This document shows, one piece after another, positions 57,247 to 64,000 of a stretch of DNA of 64,000 bases. The stretch is taken from IMG/VR virus record IMGVR_UViG_3300025313_000005; one strand, 5' to 3'. The DNA comes from an uncultured virus (IMG/VR IMGVR_UViG_3300025313_000005) (taxonomy: Duplodnaviria > Heunggongvirae > Uroviricota > Caudoviricetes). Position 1 is the first letter of the stretch. Each line of letters opens with the position of its first letter. The translations under genes and the position numbers were made by a program. The notes under the pieces were generated by a model that was given only the letters and a program-made list of their open reading frames with translations, was not told the origin of the DNA and did not search any database.

Positions 57247-59547
57247 ATGACAGATCACTTACATATAACTACAGATAGCAATGACCAGATCTCTGGTGTT
57301 AAAACCTTTTCTACTGCTCCTATAGTCAGTGGTAGTACTCCTTCTATTACATTCCTAGATACATTACTTGATCCTACTATGCTAACGCTACGTAAGATTA
57401 GTGGTGACATAGAACTATACGATGAATTAAGTAGTTCTGTTCTAATTAAATTACTGTCTACGGTAGATGCAAGTGATATAGGATTATCCAATACCACTGG
57501 ATCTAACAATACATACTCTCTAGCAGATCATAAACACCAAGGTATACACTCTTTAATGCTTGGCACTCCTATGTTTGGTGATATTACCATTAAAGTAGCT
57601 GGTGCATCTATACTTACACAAGCAGCACAAAATATACTAGTATCCCTAGGATACGGAGTAGGTTCTGCCCTACCTGTCACTACAGGTAGTTCTGCTGGTT
57701 CTAGTACTTATGTTAGTAGAGAAGATCATATACATCAAGGTGTGCGCTCGATTGAAGTAATAGGTCAACCAGAATTGGTTGGCGATGCAACTTTATCAGA
57801 AGGTACGGATATTGTCCTCACGCAAGTAGGCAATACTATTACTATAGATTCTACTGGAGTACCTGGAAGCTTACTTGCTCTAGGTATACTACCTGTTGCC
57901 AATGGCGGTACAGGATTAGGCAATTACACCGTAGGTGATTTAATAGTTGCTACAGCCTCTAATGTGCTAGGTAGGTTGGCTGATGCTGCTCAAGGCAACC
58001 TCTTACTTTCTGGTGGTATAGGAGCAATACCTTCTTATGGCAAAGCAAATCTTTCCAATCATACTATAGGAACACTACCTCTTGGAGCTATTACACCTGG
58101 CATTGTTGGTCAAGCATTGCTTACATTAACAGGAGGAATCGTAGGTTGGGGTATGTTAGATTTGGCTAATACAGCAGGTACACTTGCTTTAGCAAACTTA
58201 CAAGATGACCCTGTTGCTGATAAGGTATTATTGGCTGGTGGTCCAGGTGCTGATCCTCACTGGGGTACTTTAGACATTACATCCCTTACAGGAACAATTT
58301 CACTAGCTCAGATACCTGATGGCTCTATAGCTGGTCAGTGTTTAATAGGTCAAGGTGTAGGTGCAGATCCTATATGGGGTCCAGTAGGTATTAATACAGG
58401 TTTGGGTGGTTTATTAACCATCGCTAAAGGTGGAACATTCATTAATAATCTAACTGGATATATTAATGGTAGATGGGCATACTCTAGTGGTGCTGTAATT
58501 GGCCAAGCAGGTTGGTCTGATGGTAATGGAGCTACATTAATTGGTGCTACAGGTAGTTTACCTCAAGGTAGGGTACTAACAGCTGGCACAGGTATTGCCA
58601 TTACAAATGCAGCCAATAGTATAACGATAGCAAGAAGCGGAGGATCTGGAGATCCAGATAACAGCAATACATCATGTTACTTGGTTTACGACGCACCCAA
58701 TATAGCATTAAAACCTGACGAAGGAAAGGGATCGTTTTTAGACATAGGTGGTATACCTAGATATATACCTTATAGAGGATTACCCAATGTATTAACTCCA
58801 TCTGGACTATTACCTGAAACTACTTATTTTATATATGCATACTGGACAGGTAGTGCAGTCGCTCTAGAGGCTTCCACAACAGGAGCCTCAACAGTAGGTG
58901 GTGTAGTTAATAAGACAGGAGATAATACGCGTAGATTAGTTGGTATGGCTAGAACAACCAGCACAACTACATGGGTTGATGTTGACCAGGGTGAACCAAG
59001 AGGATATGTGCTCTCTTATTTCAATCGACGTAAGAAGATAGCGCGTGTTGTCTTAGGCGATTTAGGTAATGTTTCAACTACATCACCTTTTGGTGGGACG
59101 AAGTGGTTTAGATTAAAGGAAGATGTTTTACTTACTGCATTGCCTAGATTTTTAAGTTGGGGTTATTATTTAAGTGATCTAAGTAACGGGAATCGCATGT
59201 CTGAACCTGTTGTGTATAAACTACACACAGGTATCTATGGTGTTGGGACAGCTATTATGGGTATAGAACTTGGTTTTGCAAATTCAACAGGTGGTTTTGT
59301 ACAAGCCATATCTCTTCCAAGTGCTTTATTGAGTAATACGGTTAGGACTACCAATACATCCGTTAGTGGATTACGCAATTTAAACCTAACAGCTTCATTG
59401 AATCAAAAATCTTCTTTAGGTGTAGCTGCTGGATTTACTGATCCTACAACCCTAAAGACAGCGGTTGGAGTGATTCAAACACTTGGTACTACCGTTGGAA
59501 TAGGAACAGGATCGGTTTATATTTTTGAAGTAGAATACTACGGCTAA
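57247..59547 (+). CDS. Tail fibre/appendage protein, paralog B
   Basis: Colinear motifs with paralogs A and C up to SYFNRR, then divergent. Confidence 0.75.
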   Translation: MTDHLHITTDSNDQISGVKTFSTAPIVSGSTPSITFLDTLLDPTMLTLRKISGDIELYDELSSSVLIKLLSTVDASDIGLSNTTGSNNTYSLADHKHQGIHSLMLGTPMFGDITIKVAGASILTQAAQNILVSLGYGVGSALPVTTGSSAGSSTYVSREDHIHQGVRSIEVIGQPELVGDATLSEGTDIVLTQVGNTITIDSTGVPGSLLALGILPVANGGTGLGNYTVGDLIVATASNVLGRLADAAQGNLLLSGGIGAIPSYGKANLSNHTIGTLPLGAITPGIVGQALLTLTGGIVGWGMLDLANTAGTLALANLQDDPVADKVLLAGGPGADPHWGTLDITSLTGTISLAQIPDGSIAGQCLIGQGVGADPIWGPVGINTGLGGLLTIAKGGTFINNLTGYINGRWAYSSGAVIGQAGWSDGNGATLIGATGSLPQGRVLTAGTGIAITNAANSITIARSGGSGDPDNSNTSCYLVYDAPNIALKPDEGKGSFLDIGGIPRYIPYRGLPNVLTPSGLLPETTYFIYAYWTGSAVALEASTTGASTVGGVVNKTGDNTRRLVGMARTTSTTTWVDVDQGEPRGYVLSYFNRRKKIARVVLGDLGNVSTTSPFGGTKWFRLKEDVLLTALPRFLSWGYYLSDLSNGNRMSEPVVYKLHTGIYGVGTAIMGIELGFANSTGGFVQAISLPSALLSNTVRTTNTSVSGLRNLNLTASLNQKSSLGVAAGFTDPTTLKTAVGVIQTLGTTVGIGTGSVYIFEVEYYG

Positions 59548-59576
59548 GGCCGCTAAAATGGATAAAAGGGATACAT

Positions 59577-62024
59577 ATGCCTAACCGACATATAACATTA
59601 AATACGAACGATACAATAACAGGTATTAAAACCTTCAATCAACCTATTATATTGGGTGGTAGCTTACCTGGTATTAAATTTATGGCTACACCATCTGATA
59701 GTTCAGTTATTTTATTGCAGAAGAACTCTGGCAATATAGAATTATACGATAATATTGGAGCTTCCGTATTAAGATCTCTATTGGCGCCAGGTACATCTCA
59801 GAATATTGCTTTAGCTAATAATATAGGTAGTGGAATCGCTTATGTATTAAGTGACCATACTCATCAAGGATTACATAGTTTTTCCCTAACAGGACAACCT
59901 GAATTACATGGAGATATCGTACTATCATCGACCAATGCGGTAGTAGCTACTCAAAGTGGCAGTGATATTACTATAGACACTAAGTTATCAAGTAGTATGC
60001 CTACAGAGATAGCCACTGGTTCTTTACCTGGTACATCACCAAACATAGCAAAGTCAGATCATACTCATAAAGGTATTCATTCCATAACTATACCTGGTGG
60101 TTCACCTACGTATGGAGATATTCTTTTCTTATCAGGTGGCGGAATAACTCTTACCCAAGTTGCTCAAAATATTACATTAACAGCAGCAGCTGTTCCTCCT
60201 GGTAGTTTTGACTTATCAAGCATATTACCTGCTAATGAAGGCGGTACGGGTTTTGCTTCCTATACAATAGGAGATTTACTTGTAGCTAACACTGCAACTA
60301 CGTTAGCTAAACTTGCTGATGTAGCCACCAATAATGTATTATTGTCTGGAGGCGTAGGCGCACAGCCAACTTGGGGTAAATTAGATCTTACATTACATAC
60401 AACAGGGTTATTTGCTGTTAACTTAATAGATCCTGCAACAGCAGGGAAGGTGCTCCGTTCTCAGGGTGGTCCAGGTCCTATGTTTGGAGATTTAGATTTA
60501 GCTAATACTACAGGTATATTGTCTTTATCAAGATTAACTGATAATCCAACATCAGGTAATAATATAATATTAGTATCAGGTGGCGGAACAGGAGATCCAT
60601 ATTTTAAAGCACTTACATTAGCCGATGTAAGTTTGGGAGCCCTTACCTTAGGGCAGATGCCTGGTGGTACGGCTAATTTACCACTAGTAAGTATGGGAGC
60701 AGGCAATCCACCACAATATAATATTCTTGTAATTGACGGAGCAGGAACAACAGGTGTTCTTCCAATATCTAAAGGCGGCACTAATAGTGGTGCTGCATTA
60801 GTTGTCAATAGAGCTATAATCTCTAATACTTCAGCAATCGTAGTTGCTCCTGCTTTAACTGATGGACAATTACTTATAGGTTCTGCAGGTGGTGGAGCTT
60901 TTACCGCAGCCAACTTAATAGCAGGTAGTGATATATCTATAGTTAATGCTCCAGGTAGTATTACTATTAACTCCACAGGCGGTGGAGGCGGAGGCGGTGG
61001 ATCTCTTAATCAATGTAGGTTGGAACTTAACAGCACCAATCTGCTTCTAATTGGGTATGGTGGTAATACTCTAACCATTGATAATACAAATTATCCTATT
61101 TCAAGCATTGGGTTGCTTGCGTCTGATGCAGGACTTAATGATATAACTAATAATAGTTGGGTTACTGTATTCGCCAGTAATATAGGAGGAGAAGCACGGC
61201 TAGTAGCTGTGAGGGGAATACCATCAGGGTCTTCAGGCGGAATCTCAGATTTGAATGGGGGCATTAATAAGAGATTAGTTGGTATTGTACGTACTAGAAA
61301 TGGTGCGTTTGTAGACACACCTGCTCAACGACTAGTCATATCTAGGTTTAATCGTAGAAAAATAATAGGTTATGCGAGTTTGCAAAGTGACTTCGTATTA
61401 TCAGCTACAGGTAGTGACTGTTGTGGTAATCCACTTCCATATGGTGGAGGTTTCTATGGTAACAAAAATGATACGTCGTTTTGTGTGCCTTTTGTGCCTG
61501 GTCCATGGAGAGGCATAGGTAGTCCTGGTATATCCGCAATGCCAGATAGTGGCGTGTACGGACCCGTTTCACCTCTTGAATATCATGCTGGATGTACTGC
61601 TATTGCTAATCCGTCATCATTTGCGGTAGAGTTTTTGTATTGGCCAAATACTGCCTGGGATTTTGCCAATGAAGATGACGTAATACTTCGTGGTCAGGTT
61701 ACCATATCTAAGTCATCGGGAACTCCAACATTATATCTCTCTTCGATGGTGTCAGGCATTACTACACCAAGTGGAGAACGCGTTATAGATGGAGACGGTA
61801 ATAAAAAAATTACATTACCTAATAGTGGTGAAATAATTAACGTGTCATTTACTACGGTGATCCCTAAAGCACTAATGGAACTCCAATATTATGCAGGCAA
61901 TAACTATGGACCTCCTATGCAAGCTTCGTTGGTGGCTCAGGTTGTTGGTGGCGCTGTTAACTTCCATAGTGGTAGTGGTTCGGGTGGTGGCTGGACAAAC
62001 ATACAAGTAGAAATGATGGGCTAA
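59577..62024 (+). CDS. Tail fibre/appendage protein, paralog C
   Basis: Colinear motifs with paralogs A and B up to SRFNRR, then a divergent Cys-containing tip. Confidence 0.75.
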   Translation: MPNRHITLNTNDTITGIKTFNQPIILGGSLPGIKFMATPSDSSVILLQKNSGNIELYDNIGASVLRSLLAPGTSQNIALANNIGSGIAYVLSDHTHQGLHSFSLTGQPELHGDIVLSSTNAVVATQSGSDITIDTKLSSSMPTEIATGSLPGTSPNIAKSDHTHKGIHSITIPGGSPTYGDILFLSGGGITLTQVAQNITLTAAAVPPGSFDLSSILPANEGGTGFASYTIGDLLVANTATTLAKLADVATNNVLLSGGVGAQPTWGKLDLTLHTTGLFAVNLIDPATAGKVLRSQGGPGPMFGDLDLANTTGILSLSRLTDNPTSGNNIILVSGGGTGDPYFKALTLADVSLGALTLGQMPGGTANLPLVSMGAGNPPQYNILVIDGAGTTGVLPISKGGTNSGAALVVNRAIISNTSAIVVAPALTDGQLLIGSAGGGAFTAANLIAGSDISIVNAPGSITINSTGGGGGGGGSLNQCRLELNSTNLLLIGYGGNTLTIDNTNYPISSIGLLASDAGLNDITNNSWVTVFASNIGGEARLVAVRGIPSGSSGGISDLNGGINKRLVGIVRTRNGAFVDTPAQRLVISRFNRRKIIGYASLQSDFVLSATGSDCCGNPLPYGGGFYGNKNDTSFCVPFVPGPWRGIGSPGISAMPDSGVYGPVSPLEYHAGCTAIANPSSFAVEFLYWPNTAWDFANEDDVILRGQVTISKSSGTPTLYLSSMVSGITTPSGERVIDGDGNKKITLPNSGEIINVSFTTVIPKALMELQYYAGNNYGPPMQASLVAQVVGGAVNFHSGSGSGGGWTNIQVEMMG

Positions 62025-62059
62025 GTCCGCGTAAAGAACCAATAAGGAGGAATTAGTAT

Positions 62060-62260
62060 ATGGCTGATGTAGGTCCCAATCTTAGACTAGAAAAGAAAAG
62101 ATTAGAACTTGAAAGGAATGCAATCTTACTTACTATACAGCGTCAAGAACTACGCCTTCTTGAAATAGAAGACGAGAAGTATAAAGTAGATACCGCTATT
62201 CTCAATCTTCAAAAAAATGTAGCAGATTTAGAAGAAAAAATTGCCAAGATGCCAGCGTAG
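62060..62260 (+). CDS. Small coiled-coil protein
   Basis: AAGGAGG RBS; heptad Leu pattern. Confidence 0.65.
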   Translation: MADVGPNLRLEKKRLELERNAILLTIQRQELRLLEIEDEKYKVDTAILNLQKNVADLEEKIAKMPA

Positions 62261-62433
62261 TAATAGTACATATTACCTATAAACAGCTCTATTTCAAGGT
62301 TTTTAAATGGTCTCCTACAGCCCGTAGGGGACTATTCTATAGTATGCAAGATTAATTTCTTTTTAAAGCTGGCTTGCTTGAAGACGTCCTAAGAGGACGT
62401 CCTTTGTATACTATAAATAAGGAGTGATGATTA

Positions 62434-63222
62434 ATGGCTGATGTGCAAACCCCTTTTGCAGTTAAAACTAAGGATTCTGGAGATGTAGTCGCAAAGTTAG
62501 TAGATAGTGCTGGTTCTAATCTATTAGCAATATCTGCAACTGGTCAATTATCTGTAAAAACTGCAACTGACGGTGATGTTGTAGCCAAAATCAGTGATGG
62601 TACTGATATCCTAGCAATATCTGCAACTGGTCAGATTTCAGTTAAAACAGATGCAGATGGTGATGTTGTTGTTAAGGTTAGTGATGGTACCGATACATTA
62701 CTAATTGATGGTGATGGTAAGGTAGGCGTTAATACCGATGCAGATCGTGTCGCTGGTGCTGCAATAGGTACAGACGGCCTTATCATGATGGGTTCTGATG
62801 GAACCGATGCTAGATTTCTTAAGGTTGATGCTGCTGGTATCCTTCAGGTATCTACTGAAGGTGCAACTGGAACCATAATTGACTCAGGCGTACTAACCCA
62901 TGGTGGAGATTTAGCTCCTGGTGCTTCAGGTTCCTCTGATACAGCATTTATTACAACTTCCACAACTGGTAAGGTCTTACGCTTTGTTGTTTCCTCATCT
63001 GTACCTTTTAAGGCAATCTTAAAAACCAATGCAAACGCAGGAACACTTGTAGATCAAAGAGTTGTTTTTGGTAATGCTGGTGAAACTGTCGAGCTTAATA
63101 TAGTAGATGGTGCTATCTCCTTAGTCTCTGATGGTGACGATAGATTCAGAGTTACAGTTACTAACATGGACGATGTAGAAACAGCAACAATATACTCATC
63201 TATTACATGGACCGAAGAATAA
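62434..63222 (+). CDS. Virion fibre/decoration protein with about three 29-aa N-terminal repeats
   Basis: VKTxxxGDVVxKxxDxxxxLxIxxxG repeated; identical 22-mers at 62525-46 and 62612-33 (87-bp period); AAGGAG RBS. Confidence 0.65.
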   Translation: MADVQTPFAVKTKDSGDVVAKLVDSAGSNLLAISATGQLSVKTATDGDVVAKISDGTDILAISATGQISVKTDADGDVVVKVSDGTDTLLIDGDGKVGVNTDADRVAGAAIGTDGLIMMGSDGTDARFLKVDAAGILQVSTEGATGTIIDSGVLTHGGDLAPGASGSSDTAFITTSTTGKVLRFVVSSSVPFKAILKTNANAGTLVDQRVVFGNAGETVELNIVDGAISLVSDGDDRFRVTVTNMDDVETATIYSSITWTEE

Positions 63223-63245
63223 TTTTAACTAACTAAGCATAGGGC

Positions 63246-63279
63246 AGAGAGCCGAGACCTATCTCGGCTCTCTTCTTTT
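63246..63279 (+). terminator. Rho-independent terminator
   Basis: AGAGAGCCGAGA-CCTA-TCTCGGCTCTCT (12-bp perfect stem) followed by TCTTTT. Confidence 0.88.
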
Positions 63280-63338
63280 AAATGCTATTAATTAAATAGA
63301 CAATATTCTATTATTTATTTTCTCTTAAGGAGTTTCCT

Positions 63339-63779
63339 ATGTCTGATGTTACCATCGATGCGTCTATAGAAGGAGAAGGTACTCCAGGATCTCCATCTGG
63401 CAATATATTAACCATACAGGGTGTCGCTGGTATGACACCTGTCAGAATTGATCCTACGGGAACAACCACTCAACCAGTATCAGGTACGATTAATACCAAA
63501 ACAGCATTAACAACCACTTCACCTACTGCTGCTACTGTTGGAGTTACATCTGCTCAAGCTGTAGCATCTAGCGCTACTCGCAAAGGATTAATCTTAACTA
63601 ATACATCAACTAATACTATATCGTTTGGTTTAGGTGTTACTGCTGTATTATATAGCGGTATTACATTAGGCGCAGGCGGTGCATGGGTTATGGACGAATA
63701 CTCATTTACTACTGGAGCCATTAATGCCATTGCTTCTGCTGCTTCAAGTAACTTAGCCATACAGGAGTTTACTACTTAA
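63339..63779 (+). CDS. Small Thr/Ala-rich virion protein
   Basis: AAGGAG RBS; TTQPVSG; C-terminal beta-sandwich similar to ORF 53456. Confidence 0.6.
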   Translation: MSDVTIDASIEGEGTPGSPSGNILTIQGVAGMTPVRIDPTGTTTQPVSGTINTKTALTTTSPTAATVGVTSAQAVASSATRKGLILTNTSTNTISFGLGVTAVLYSGITLGAGGAWVMDEYSFTTGAINAIASAASSNLAIQEFTT

Positions 63780-63780
63780 T

Positions 63781-64000
63781 ATGTCTATTATTCCAGGAAG
63801 GGTTAACTCGATAGCTAAAAGTGGAAATATTCCACTACAGGGCGATGTTACTTTATCACAAGGTAGTGGTGTGACATTAACTCAATCTGGACAAGATATT
63901 AGCATAGCTTCAAGCGGCGGTTCTACTGGAGGTCAGGTAATTTATGGGGATGGAAGTGATGGGGCAATTGTCTATACCAGTGATACAAACTTAAGTAGTA
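63781..64000 (+). CDS. Fibre-like protein, 3'-truncated by the window (absent from the ORF track)
   Basis: MSIIPGRVNSIAKSGNIPLQGDVTLSQGSGVTLTQSGQDISIASSGG...YGDGSDG; shares the GDVxL..G.G.TLTQ.G..I.I module of fibres A-C. Confidence 0.7.
   Translation, partial: MSIIPGRVNSIAKSGNIPLQGDVTLSQGSGVTLTQSGQDISIASSGGSTGGQVIYGDGSDGAIVYTSDTNLSS

Noticed and set aside
54838..62024. Diversity-generating retroelement or invertible tail-fibre switch
   Set aside because: No reverse transcriptase, invertase, inverted cassette or near-identical template/variable repeat pair seen in this window.
62261..62433. tRNA gene in the intergenic gap
   Set aside because: No cloverleaf or T-loop (GTTCRA) signature visible.
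4418..63760. Numerous short minus-strand and alternate-frame ORFs in the track
   Set aside because: All lie within or across longer + strand genes with recognisable motifs; they look like shadow ORFs.

Overview
A 64-kb segment of a large, AT-rich, tailed dsDNA bacteriophage, most likely with a contractile tail, judging from baseplate gp25/W-like and J-like genes. All credible genes are on the + strand, tightly packed, in genetic code 11. Layout: (1) 1-34.2 kb tail/baseplate/virion module, with two giant tape-measure/ejection-like proteins carrying embedded nuclease folds (a degenerate SNase; an apparently intact DEDDy 3'-5' exonuclease), a 2370-aa hub protein with SLT transglycosylase and M23 peptidase domains, and four discoidin-like paralogs, one split at 28.69 kb. 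(2) 34.2-44.7 kb lysis genes (holin-like, amidase, second holin, spanin-like protein) interrupted by a separately promoted cassette of six soluble glycosyltransferases, a polysaccharide pyruvyl transferase and a membrane-anchored trypsin-like protease. (3) 44.7-53.4 kb replication/recombination/transcription genes (AEP primase, DnaB-like helicase, two Cas4/PD-(D/E)XK nucleases, RuvC, sigma factor). (4) 53.4-64 kb a second structural module with three tandem fibre paralogs and small decoration-like proteins. The best candidate for an under-described system is the phage-encoded pyruvylated-glycan synthesis cassette (possible virion glycosylation), followed by the nuclease-bearing virion proteins and the beta-signal spanin-like protein. 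No tRNA, rRNA, CRISPR array or transposase was seen. All calls come from reading motifs by eye; no database searches were run.
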